Below are positions 1 to 8,896 of a DNA stretch of 51,473 nucleotides, one piece after another. Below the pieces are notes generated by a model. It was given only the letters and a program-made list of their open reading frames with translations. It had not been told where the DNA came from and searched no databases. Source of the DNA: Thermodesulfobacteriota bacterium (lineage in GTDB: Bacteria > Desulfobacterota > GWC2-55-46 > JADFVP01); contig JBHHUP010000005.1 of the NCBI GenBank assembly GCA_046753845.1, forward strand, positions 1-51,473, given 5' to 3'. The position numbers were made by a program, and so were the translations under genes. The stretch's first letter is position 1; each line of letters opens with the position of its first letter.

Positions 1-1182
1 GGCCATAACACGGGGGCGCGCGCAAAGGGCAGCGGGGATTCCAATAAACCTCTGAAGGGCGCGCAGGAGCCCCGTAACGGCCCTAATGGTCTTAACCCCG
101 ATGAGCATCTCCTTTAAAAGGGAGGAGAGAAGCGCCGTAGAGGAGGAAGCGCCCGAGTGTGAAGAAGACCCCGGCAGGTCACCTGTTTTTTCAGGGTCAA
201 GGCAAAGGTCATGAAAAAAAGCGGCGAGCTTAAGGCTAAGCGCGGCTGAGGGCCAAGTCTGATGATCCATAAAATAAGACCTCATCTCAGCAGGACAAGC
301 GCAAAAAGAACCTGCCTCTATCTCACCGTGAAGTGTATCGGCCTCCTTAAGGGTCTTGAGTGAGACAGGTGATTTACAGAGGAGATCGGCTGCCCCTCTT
401 AAGGACTTCAGGGGCGGCATCGCCACATCCAAAAGGTCAAGCTCCACAAGGCAGGCAATGGCCTCCGCGGTACGGTGGGCGGTAAAGATAAGCGCGATCT
501 CATCCCTTATCCTCTCTATTGATACAGACTTCTCCTCTATCAAGGGGGCCTGTTTTTTTATGAGCTCCCGCGTCTTCTCATCTATAGTAAGCCCATACCG
601 GTAAGAGAGCCGCACCGCCCTGAGGCTCCTTAAGGGGTCTGCTCTCAATGCCTCCTCACCGGCAAGGCGAAGGGCCCTCTTATCACAGTCAATGAGACCT
701 CCAAGAGGGTCTATAAGAGTCACGGCAGGCGGGTCTGCACATAAAGGGGCGAGAGGCAGTGCCATGGCGTTAAGGGTAAAGTCTCTCTGCAGGAGGTCGT
801 CTTCCACCCGTGGGAATCGAAGAGGGAGAAAATCCATGGTAATAATTATTCCCGCCTTCTTAATGGCGACCCTGTAAAGACCGTTCTCTTTATCAAGGAG
901 AAAGGCGCTGCCGCCGAGCTCACGGGCTGCCTCGGCGGCAAGCTCAGCCGTCTCGCCCTCAACGAGGAAATCGTAATCACGGGGCAGCGCTTCATTCAGT
1001 AAGATATTTCGTATCATACCTCCCACAAGGTAGATAGAGAGGCCTCTACCTGCGGCAAGTCTGGTTACGGCAGAGAGAAAGACGTCTTCAGCAAGTGGAG
1101 AAAACCTCTCAAAAAAAAGGGGCCCCCGAAGGCCCTTCTCAGCACTTGCACCCTTCTTCGGCGGCCGCGCAGGGGACTTCAC
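1..1182 (-). CDS. Class II tRNA nucleotidyltransferase / poly(A) polymerase family, probably CC-adding type, with degenerate HD region (3' end runs off the window)
   Basis: Not in the ORF track. Manual minus-strand translation is open from GTG 1182 (GTGA overlap with the upstream stop) to base 1. Motifs: IYLVGGMIRNILL..RDYDF, EDDLLQRDFTLNAMA, IDPLGG, ADPLRSLRAVR, SIERIRDE, AAFFHD. Confidence 0.9.
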   Translation of the reverse strand, partial: MKSPARPPKKGASAEKGLRGPLFFERFSPLAEDVFLSAVTRLAAGRGLSIYLVGGMIRNILLNEALPRDYDFLVEGETAELAAEAARELGGSAFLLDKENGLYRVAIKKAGIIITMDFLPLRFPRVEDDLLQRDFTLNAMALPLAPLCADPPAVTLIDPLGGLIDCDKRALRLAGEEALRADPLRSLRAVRLSYRYGLTIDEKTRELIKKQAPLIEEKSVSIERIRDEIALIFTAHRTAEAIACLVELDLLDVAMPPLKSLRGAADLLCKSPVSLKTLKEADTLHGEIEAGSFCACPAEMRSYFMDHQTWPSAALSLKLAAFFHDLCLDPEKTGDLPGSSSHSGASSSTALLSSLLKEMLIGVKTIRAVTGLLRALQRFIGIPAALCARPRVMA

Positions 1183-4100
1183 AGCAGTTCCACCTCCAGA
1201 ATAGAGTCCCTTTGAGGTATGGTATTCTTGTGGCTCACGAATTTTTTAATTTTTTTGGCTACATCGCGGAACTTCGGGTCTGTCTCGTATATTGAGATAA
1301 AGATTCCCTCGGCCTCACGCTCCTGGCCGGAGGCGGAATAAGAGGACGCAAGATCATAGAGAAAACCCTGTCTCTGCTCATCAGAGCCGTTAAAGGCCTT
1401 TAAGACCTTCAGGTAATAGATTATGGCCTCCTCGAAATTAGCCTCGGACATAGCGCAGGCGGCCAGATTTATATAGCAATCAAGGCCAAGGCTCTTGTCC
1501 TTCAAGGCGATCTTAAACTCCCTTGCCGCCTCTTTAAAGAGCTCCATCTCCAGGTATTCCTTGCCGAGATTAAAGTGCGTGCCCGCGTCTTCTGTACTTA
1601 ACTGCTTCTCAAAACCTGTTTTAAATTCTTCATAGGTCTCAAAAACATCGCCTGCCGCGCTGCTTCTCGCAAGGTTCTGAATGGCCTCTTCAAGCTCAGG
1701 CTCTGTGTATATCTCTACCTGCTCAGCGGCCTCAAAGGATTTTTCTGAGGCCTCAAATTCATCTCCGCCCTCTAACTCCGAAGGGGTTTCTTCCTCTTGA
1801 GAGAACCCTTCAGCTGGCGAGATATCGTAATCAACAGATGCGCCGGATGGCTCCAACTCATGGGAGATATGATCTTCATCAGGGGCATCTTCAGCGGGAG
1901 AGATATCAAAATCATCAGAGACTTCATCTTCAATCGGCCTCTCTTCCTCAATAAGGGACTGAGGTACCTCTTCATCTTCGATAATAGATTCATCTTCGCC
2001 AAGGTCTTCAGGCGCGGTCTCCGCCCCGGCGGTCTCTTCTATAAGAGCCTCCCCATCATGGGGCTCGGCCTCGGCTATGGGCTCTTCTTCTCTTAATTCA
2101 TCAGAGGTCTCCAACTCACCGTGGTCAGATAACTCCTCGCCCTCTGTCTCACCTTGCAGGACCTCCAGTACATCGGCAGACTCAAGGTCTTCATCGGTTT
2201 CTACCTCCAAAGGCTCTGCCTCTAAGATAGATTCCAAAGTATTTTCTTCATCCTGAGCGGCCTCTAACTCACCGGGCCCTTTTGCCTCAAGTTCACCTGC
2301 GCCAAGAGAAGTCTCGCTCTCTTCTACGGGCTCTAAATCATCATCGCTTCCGCTCTTTTCCTCACCAGAGACCTCATCCTCGGCAAAAGATACCGGGGAT
2401 TCAAAGCCTTCAGCTTCAGCCTCCGTCTCGTCCCCGCCGTGAGTTTCCAGAGATGAATCTACCTCACCGGACTCTTCAGGTGCCTCACCATCAAGAGAAG
2501 CTTCTTCTTCAATAAGAGGCTTAGTTAACTCATCCTCTTCGATAACATCTTCATCGTCGCCAAGGTCTTCAGGTGCGGACTCTACCCCAAGGCTCTCGTC
2601 TGTAAAAACATCTGCCGCAACAGCGGGTTCGTCAAGAGAAATCTCCCCATCATGAGGCTCTGCCTCAGCAACAGTATCGTCTAATAACTCCCGGTCTTCA
2701 AACTCATCTTCACCCTCAGATACCTCCGGCAATTCCGGCTCATAAGAGAGGTCTTCATTCTCCGGAACGTCCCCTTCGATAAGAGGCTCGTCATCGCCCA
2801 TAACTCCCTGCGTCTCCGACTCAAAAGAGGTATCATCCTCATCGGATATTTTTTCCTCCGCGGCAGCATCTTCCTCCCCTGAAGACTCTATCTCTTCAGG
2901 CTCATCAATGGCCTCCAACTCATCTAAGGCCGCGGCCTCATGGGAGGTCTCTGCATCCACAATAAATGATTGTGAAGACTCCGTCTCTTCGGAGAATTCT
3001 TCGCCCTCAGAAAGTTCTTCTACGAGTTCCTGCTCCTCACCCTCATTAGATTCAGAGGCGCGAAACTCTTCACGGGCAGCTTCGTCATCAACGGAGCCTT
3101 CAGCACCGGGCTCTTCAGTAACGTACTCCACCGGGGCAGCGTTTTCATCTTCTGAGGCCTCTACCTCTTCAGACAGGATCGGTGAAGCAGTTTCATCTCC
3201 ATCACCTTTTACCTCAGGCACTTCATAAGAACCAAAGGCCCAGGAAGCCTCCAGCTCATCAGCAGGCGCCTCTGCGCTGGGCTCTTCGCCCTCTGTATCA
3301 ACGTGATCTTCAACCGCAAGTTCGTCCTCGGCCTCGGCATTGTCCGCTGATTCTTCAAGAGAAGTCTCCAGCCCGGTAGAAGGCTCTAAATCCTCAACGG
3401 GTCCTTCCTCTACAGACAGCTCTTCTTCACCTGACTCTTCGGTAACAAGCGGCTCATCCTCTACAGAAGGCTCAGGGGCCTCCAACTCTTCAACAAACTC
3501 TATCTCACCTGCGGCCTCGGCCTCGGTGGGGAATTCATTATCATCAAGTCCGCTAATCTCCAACTCCTCCGATGCCGTTATCTCATCACCGGACTCTTCA
3601 ATAACAGGAAGTTCGTCTTCCTCGTCAAAACCAGAAGAAGTATGAGGCTCATCTGCGGGCCCTTCTTCCTCTTTAATATCCTCAGAAGATTCCGTAACCT
3701 CGGGAAGCGATTCTTCCTCGCCGGATAATTCTTCTATGGAAGGTTCCAGGACAATAGCGGCCTCGTACTCTTCAGATAACTCCCCATCATGAGGCTCTGC
3801 CTCATCAAGAAGTTCCTCACCCTCAGAGGACTGAACAGGAGCTCTCTCAACGGCAAGTTCTTCAGTACCAGACTCCTCTTCTCCGGTCTCAAGTTCCTCA
3901 TCAATCTCAAGTTCGTCCTCGGCCTCGGCATTGTCCGCTGATTCTTCAAGAGAAGTCTCCAGCCCGGTAGAAGGCTCTAAATCCTCAACGGGTCCTTCCT
4001 CTACAGACAGCTCTTCTTCACCTGACTCTTCGGTAACAAGCGGCTCATCCTCTACAGAAGGCTCAGGGGCCTCCAACTCTTCAACAAACTCTATCTCACC

Positions 4101-5927
4101 TGCGGCCTCGGCCTCGGTGGGGAATTCATTATCATCAAGTCCGCTAATCTCCAACTCCTCCGATGCCGTTATCTCATCACCGGACTCTTCAATAACAGGA
4201 AGTTCGTCTTCCTCGTCAAAACCAGAAGAAGTATCAGATTCGGCGGCAGACTCTACATCATCACCGGGGCCTTCTTCTACGGAGGGCTCGTCCTCACCAG
4301 AAGACCCGGTCTCAGTAAAACCCTCAAAATCTATCTCAATCCCTTCATCTACAGATAGATCCTCTTCAACAAGCTTTTCGCCTTCAGCGACAATGGGCTC
4401 TGCATCGGGGGCACTTACCTGCTCCCGGGCCCCGCCTGCAGCTCTCTCTTCCTCTACCCCTGACTCATCAGGCAAACCCGATTCAGCATCAAAACCCTCT
4501 TCAATAAAATCAATTACAGCATCGTCTTCAGCATCCTCAAGTGAGGAGGCTGAGGCGCCGCTTAACTCCTCTTCATCCAAAACAGGCTCATCGGCAGGGC
4601 CAGGAGACTCCGCCACGGCGTTCTCTTCATCAGAGATAGAGGCGGGAGCAGATTCACCTTCACCCTGCTCCGCCATTTCAGAGGACTCTAACCCTTCATC
4701 AAAGTGCCCCTTAAGGCTTTCTTCATTAAGGCCGGCCTTATCTTCAACGGTATTTTCTCTCTCAAGCAAAGCGTCTTCGCCCGTCTCAAGACCGGGTATA
4801 TCAAGGTTTATGTACTCATCACCGTCCTCATGGCCTGCCTTTTCCACTGGGCCTTGCTGACTCTCTTCCAAGGGCTCCGACTCACCGCCGCCCTCATCGT
4901 CAAAACCCTCAAGGGCAATCTCTATATCTTCATCATCAACTCCATCTTCCTCTGCTTCTTCAATTTCTAATTCTTCACACTCTTCCCCGTTAACTTCGTC
5001 CTCAAGAGAGGTCTGCTCCGGAGACTCGCCGGCAGCAGACTCATCAACAAACTCAGCGCTCTCATTAGAGACAGGGATCTCTTCAATCGCATCAAGACCT
5101 TCATCAGCGAGATCATCTGGTAATTCATCGCCGCCGTAACTCTCTATAAAACTAAGGCTCTCGCCATGGTCGGCCCTGACAAAAAGAATTGCCTTGCTGA
5201 CCCCCAGCGCCTCTTCGAGTTCGCCGGACTGAACATGAATGTTCAATAATTTGGAGGCGTACTTAACAAACTCCTCATCCTCGCTTTTTTCTCTGTATAT
5301 ATCCATAAGCCCCGTAAGGACTCGCGGCTCATCGGGATAATGGCCGTAAAGCTCCAGAAATATCTCCTCGGCCTTCTTAAGGTTGCCTGACTCAAAAAGT
5401 TTTCCGCAAACAAGGCGGTAAACCTCAAGGGCGTCATCGATAAAATCGAGTTTTCTGAACATATCGGCGAGCTTAAGCTTGATGCTCATATTCGATGGGT
5501 CAAGCTCCACCATCTTTTTGAGAATATCCAACTCCTCATTATCCATGCCCTTCTGCTCAAAGGTATTGAGGATAATGGTATACTGACTCATGGCATCGGC
5601 GATAAGGCGCTGTTTTGTATACAACTCGGCCAGTTTATAATGAGTATCCGTACTACTGCCTGACTCGATGGTGAGGGCCCTCTTATAAACGGCTATGGCC
5701 TTAAGGTAAAAACCGCGCCTCGCGTTGTATTTGGCCGCGCTCGTATACTCCCTTACGGCATCCTCAAGCTGGCCGGTCTTGACAAAGAGGTCGCCGAGAC
5801 GAAGACGCAGAGAGACGTCAGCAGAATCCATGTCTATTAAAGACCTGTAATCCGCAACGGCTTTCTCAAAGGCGCCCTTCTTAACATACTTCTGCGCCCT
5901 CTTGAGTATTTTATCCTTCTGACTCAT
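1179..5927 (-). CDS. Giant TPR protein: N-terminal TPR array, roughly 1150-aa Glu/Asp-rich low-complexity linker, C-terminal TPR domain
   Basis: 1582-aa ORF with TPR helices (LRLRLGDLFVKTGQLEDAVREY, YLKAIAVYKRAL). The C-terminal THFNLGKEYLEMELFKEAAREF and terminal DPKFRDV resemble deltaproteobacterial motility/polarity TPR proteins. Confidence 0.85.
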   Translation of the reverse strand: MSQKDKILKRAQKYVKKGAFEKAVADYRSLIDMDSADVSLRLRLGDLFVKTGQLEDAVREYTSAAKYNARRGFYLKAIAVYKRALTIESGSSTDTHYKLAELYTKQRLIADAMSQYTIILNTFEQKGMDNEELDILKKMVELDPSNMSIKLKLADMFRKLDFIDDALEVYRLVCGKLFESGNLKKAEEIFLELYGHYPDEPRVLTGLMDIYREKSEDEEFVKYASKLLNIHVQSGELEEALGVSKAILFVRADHGESLSFIESYGGDELPDDLADEGLDAIEEIPVSNESAEFVDESAAGESPEQTSLEDEVNGEECEELEIEEAEEDGVDDEDIEIALEGFDDEGGGESEPLEESQQGPVEKAGHEDGDEYINLDIPGLETGEDALLERENTVEDKAGLNEESLKGHFDEGLESSEMAEQGEGESAPASISDEENAVAESPGPADEPVLDEEELSGASASSLEDAEDDAVIDFIEEGFDAESGLPDESGVEEERAAGGAREQVSAPDAEPIVAEGEKLVEEDLSVDEGIEIDFEGFTETGSSGEDEPSVEEGPGDDVESAAESDTSSGFDEEDELPVIEESGDEITASEELEISGLDDNEFPTEAEAAGEIEFVEELEAPEPSVEDEPLVTEESGEEELSVEEGPVEDLEPSTGLETSLEESADNAEAEDELEIDEELETGEEESGTEELAVERAPVQSSEGEELLDEAEPHDGELSEEYEAAIVLEPSIEELSGEEESLPEVTESSEDIKEEEGPADEPHTSSGFDEEDELPVIEESGDEITASEELEISGLDDNEFPTEAEAAGEIEFVEELEAPEPSVEDEPLVTEESGEEELSVEEGPVEDLEPSTGLETSLEESADNAEAEDELAVEDHVDTEGEEPSAEAPADELEASWAFGSYEVPEVKGDGDETASPILSEEVEASEDENAAPVEYVTEEPGAEGSVDDEAAREEFRASESNEGEEQELVEELSEGEEFSEETESSQSFIVDAETSHEAAALDELEAIDEPEEIESSGEEDAAAEEKISDEDDTSFESETQGVMGDDEPLIEGDVPENEDLSYEPELPEVSEGEDEFEDRELLDDTVAEAEPHDGEISLDEPAVAADVFTDESLGVESAPEDLGDDEDVIEEDELTKPLIEEEASLDGEAPEESGEVDSSLETHGGDETEAEAEGFESPVSFAEDEVSGEEKSGSDDDLEPVEESETSLGAGELEAKGPGELEAAQDEENTLESILEAEPLEVETDEDLESADVLEVLQGETEGEELSDHGELETSDELREEEPIAEAEPHDGEALIEETAGAETAPEDLGEDESIIEDEEVPQSLIEEERPIEDEVSDDFDISPAEDAPDEDHISHELEPSGASVDYDISPAEGFSQEEETPSELEGGDEFEASEKSFEAAEQVEIYTEPELEEAIQNLARSSAAGDVFETYEEFKTGFEKQLSTEDAGTHFNLGKEYLEMELFKEAAREFKIALKDKSLGLDCYINLAACAMSEANFEEAIIYYLKVLKAFNGSDEQRQGFLYDLASSYSASGQEREAEGIFISIYETDPKFRDVAKKIKKFVSHKNTIPQRDSILEVELL
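3317..3643. repeat. 327-bp direct repeat, copy 1 (in-frame, 109 codons)
   Basis: Sequence CAAGTTCGTCCTCGGCC...CCAGAAGAAGTAT appears identical by eye to 3908-4234; offset 591 bp. Confidence 0.93.
3908..4234. repeat. 327-bp direct repeat, copy 2
   Basis: Matches 3317-3643; the protein segment TSSGFDEEDELPV...ADNAEAEDEL occurs twice. Confidence 0.93.
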
Positions 5928-5961
5928 AGCGGCCTTTCACCATTTTTTTTATCAGCTTCCA

Positions 5962-6777
5962 TTAGAGCCCGCCCATAGCCATAAAAACACCGTCCCTGCC
6001 AGGGGCCCCGGGCAAAGCCGCATCTTCATTCCACTCTTTTCTCAAATACCTTTGCTCCATTAGCCCCTTCTTCATCTCCAGCTCAGGCTCCGTCAAGACC
6101 GCGCCTGTAAAAGAGGCCCTCAGCGACTCACTTACCTTTTGTACAAAGACCTTTTGAAAGGCCTCCCGCTCCACACTGCAAAACTCCAGAACAGCAGCGG
6201 TCTTCAGAAGGATATCATCACCGAATATATCCTTCCAGAGGGCGCGGTTCAGACCGAATATTATGGAGCCGTGCTGCAGCAGAGCGCCCTTTACACGCCT
6301 CTGCGCGCTTCCCGCTATCTTTCTTCCTCCCACAAGCACCTCGTAGCGGGCGGAGCTGGCAAAACATGCCGCGCTCTTTTTGTAAGCCCTTGAAGACATG
6401 GGGCGAGAAAAGTCCGCCTCAAGACCAAATTCACGAAGGGTAAGAACAATGGCCCGGCTTAGGGCCGCGTAACAGCCCGCGATGCCCATGGAGTGTAGAG
6501 GACTCCGCGCGCCGGCGATTACGGCATAAGTGAACTCAATCTCATGAAGAAGAGCCCGGCCCCCGGTAATGCGCCGTACCAGAGGCAGCCCCATACCCGC
6601 AAAGGAAGCGGCCTTTTGAAGATAGCCCAGAGATATAGTCGGTTCACTCCAGCCGTATAAACGGAGCACCGGGCTGAAGGCCTTGTCAATGGAGGCGCTC
6701 CTAAGCAGCGCCTCATCGACTGCCATGTTCTCGGCCCCCCCGCATGGCGGGTCTATGATCAGCCTCCACTCTTCCAT
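5962..6777 (-). CDS. Lipoate-protein ligase A / LipM-type octanoyltransferase
   Basis: WRLIID..G.ENMAVDEALL, LRLYGW..PTISLGY, RRITGGRALLH, GRKIAGSAQRR, LQHGSI. Confidence 0.9.
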   Translation of the reverse strand: MEEWRLIIDPPCGGAENMAVDEALLRSASIDKAFSPVLRLYGWSEPTISLGYLQKAASFAGMGLPLVRRITGGRALLHEIEFTYAVIAGARSPLHSMGIAGCYAALSRAIVLTLREFGLEADFSRPMSSRAYKKSAACFASSARYEVLVGGRKIAGSAQRRVKGALLQHGSIIFGLNRALWKDIFGDDILLKTAAVLEFCSVEREAFQKVFVQKVSESLRASFTGAVLTEPELEMKKGLMEQRYLRKEWNEDAALPGAPGRDGVFMAMGGL

Positions 6778-6896
6778 AATCGACTAATTAGAAAAAATTG
6801 TTTAATATTTCACAGAAAAAAAAGATAATCAAAGGTTTAGCGCAGTATCCGAAGAGAAAGTATCAGAAAAGGTATACCCTTACCACAACATCTATT

Positions 6897-8231
6897 TTAG
6901 GTAAATCTGGCAAGAAAATCTATATCTATTTTACCGGCGAGGAAATCATGATTCCTCATTATCTTGATCAGGAGCGGCACATTGGTCTTGATACCCTTCA
7001 GATGAAACTCCCCCAGGGCCCTGCTCATCCTTGCTATGGCCGCCTCTCTGGAGTCGGCATGGACTATTATCTTGGCAAGAAGGCTGTCATAATAAGGCGA
7101 GATGGTACAGCCGCAGTATATGGCCGTATCAACCCTTACTCCCGGGCCACCGGGCAGGACAAGCTCGGTAATTTTACCGGCAGAGGGCACAAAGGTCACC
7201 GGATCCTCGGCATTTACACGGCACTCAATGCTGTGCCCTTCCATCTTTACATTGCGCTGCCGAAGACGCGTCTTTTTCGTGGCCGCTATCTTTATCTGTT
7301 CCTTGATAATATCAATACCCGTAACCATCTCCGTAACAGGATGCTCCACCTGAATACGGGGGTTCATCTCCATGAAGTAAAATTTTTTGTCCTTATCAAG
7401 GAGAAACTCCACGGTTCCGGCGCTGGTATAACCGATGGCCTTGGCGAGCCTTACGGCGGCCTCTCCCATCTTCTGACGAAGCTTCTCATCTACGGCGGGG
7501 CTTGGAGACTCCTCGATAATCTTCTGATGCCGCCTCTGTATGGAGCACTCCCTCTCTCCAAGATGCACAACGTTGCCCGCGTCATCGGCAATAATCTGTA
7601 TCTCCACATGACGCGGCAGTTCACAGTACTTTTCTATAAAAACCTCTCCGTCGCCGAATGAGGTTATGGCTTCACGGCGGGCCATGTGAAATGAGTTCGG
7701 CATACTGGCCTCTGTGTGGACAAGTTTCATCCCCCTGCCGCCGCCGCCGCTCGATGCCTTTAAGAGGACGGGATAGCCTATTTTTTTTGCTATCTTCACG
7801 GCCTCATCGCCATCCTCAATAGGTGCGTTGGACCACTGGAGCACAGGGACTTTTACACCCTCGGCCAACTTTTTTGCCTGCACCTTATTACCCATGAGTT
7901 TTATGATGGCCGAGGAAGGGCCGATGAACTTAATACCGCATTTTTCGCAGGCCTCGGCAAAGGCCGCGTTCTCTGCGAGAAATCCGTACCCCGGATGCAT
8001 GGCCTCGGCATCGGCCACCTCCATGGTGCTGATAAGGTGTATCATATTAAGGTAACTGTCAACTGCCTTGGGCGCGCCTATGCAGATTGCCCCGTCGGCA
8101 AACTTTACATGAAGAGACTCCTTGTCGGCCTCTGAGTACACGGCCAGGGTCTTTATGCCAAGCTCCCTGCAGGCCCTGATTATCCGTACGGCTATCTCGC
8201 CCCTGTTGGCTATCAGTACTTTATTAAACAT
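6897..8231 (-). CDS. accC: Acetyl-CoA carboxylase biotin carboxylase subunit
   Basis: KVLIANRGEIAVRIIR, HPGYGFLAEN, GGGGRGM, ERECSIQRRHQK, FMEMNPRIQVEH. Confidence 0.97.
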   Translation of the reverse strand: MFNKVLIANRGEIAVRIIRACRELGIKTLAVYSEADKESLHVKFADGAICIGAPKAVDSYLNMIHLISTMEVADAEAMHPGYGFLAENAAFAEACEKCGIKFIGPSSAIIKLMGNKVQAKKLAEGVKVPVLQWSNAPIEDGDEAVKIAKKIGYPVLLKASSGGGGRGMKLVHTEASMPNSFHMARREAITSFGDGEVFIEKYCELPRHVEIQIIADDAGNVVHLGERECSIQRRHQKIIEESPSPAVDEKLRQKMGEAAVRLAKAIGYTSAGTVEFLLDKDKKFYFMEMNPRIQVEHPVTEMVTGIDIIKEQIKIAATKKTRLRQRNVKMEGHSIECRVNAEDPVTFVPSAGKITELVLPGGPGVRVDTAIYCGCTISPYYDSLLAKIIVHADSREAAIARMSRALGEFHLKGIKTNVPLLIKIMRNHDFLAGKIDIDFLARFT

Positions 8232-8404
8232 AGTCTTGTCTAACTCCTGTTGTCATGGGGCTTCATTAAAAGAGACCTCTGCTGCCGGGAGCGCGCCTCT
8301 ATCTCTCTTTACCGGCTTAAAGGCCCCCCCTCCATCGCAGCCTGCCATGCCTCTCAGCATATCCCCTGCCGCCCCTTGCGTTCACCATTACCCTTGACGG
8401 GCCG

Positions 8405-8887
8405 CTATGAGACATCTATATAAAAAAGCGGCTCTCCGTACTCCACGGGCTGACCGTTCTCCACGAGGATAGAGGTGATAATACCGTTAAACTCGGACTC
8501 CACCTCGTTCATGAGCTTCATTGCCTCTATGATACAGAGTGTCTGACCCTTGCTGACACGGCTGCCCACATCTACGTAGGCATCGGAATCAGGCGCCGGT
8601 GCTCCGTAAAAGGTGCCTACCATAGGGGAGGTGACTGTCTTGATGTTCTTGGCAGGCTTTGTCTCCGAGCTGTCAGCCGTCTCTACAGGAGGCGAAACAG
8701 GCGCAGGCGCGGCGGCAGGCACAAGGGTAAGCTCCGAAGCAGGCGCCCCCTCTGCCCCGCGTTCTGTGCCGGCCGGAAAACGTCTTTTGATTTTCAGCCT
8801 GCCCTCGCTATCCTCGGACTCAAGCTCAACTATGTCGGTATTTCTTAAAAACCTGTACAAGGCCTTTATTTCTTTTATGTTCATCAT
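8405..8887 (-). CDS. accB: Biotin carboxyl carrier protein
   Basis: SPMVGTFY, EAMKLMNE biotinylation motif, Pro/Ala linker. Confidence 0.97.
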   Translation of the reverse strand: MMNIKEIKALYRFLRNTDIVELESEDSEGRLKIKRRFPAGTERGAEGAPASELTLVPAAAPAPVSPPVETADSSETKPAKNIKTVTSPMVGTFYGAPAPDSDAYVDVGSRVSKGQTLCIIEAMKLMNEVESEFNGIITSILVENGQPVEYGEPLFYIDVS

Positions 8888-8896
8888 GCCTCCTGA

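Noticed and set aside
2908-4860. Ser-rich plus-strand ORFs (106, 101 and 309 aa)
   Set aside because: These are antisense shadows of Glu/Asp codons (GAA/GAG/GAT) in the large TPR gene.
6798-7661. 287-aa plus-strand ORF
   Set aside because: It lies almost entirely antisense to accC and has no recognisable motifs.
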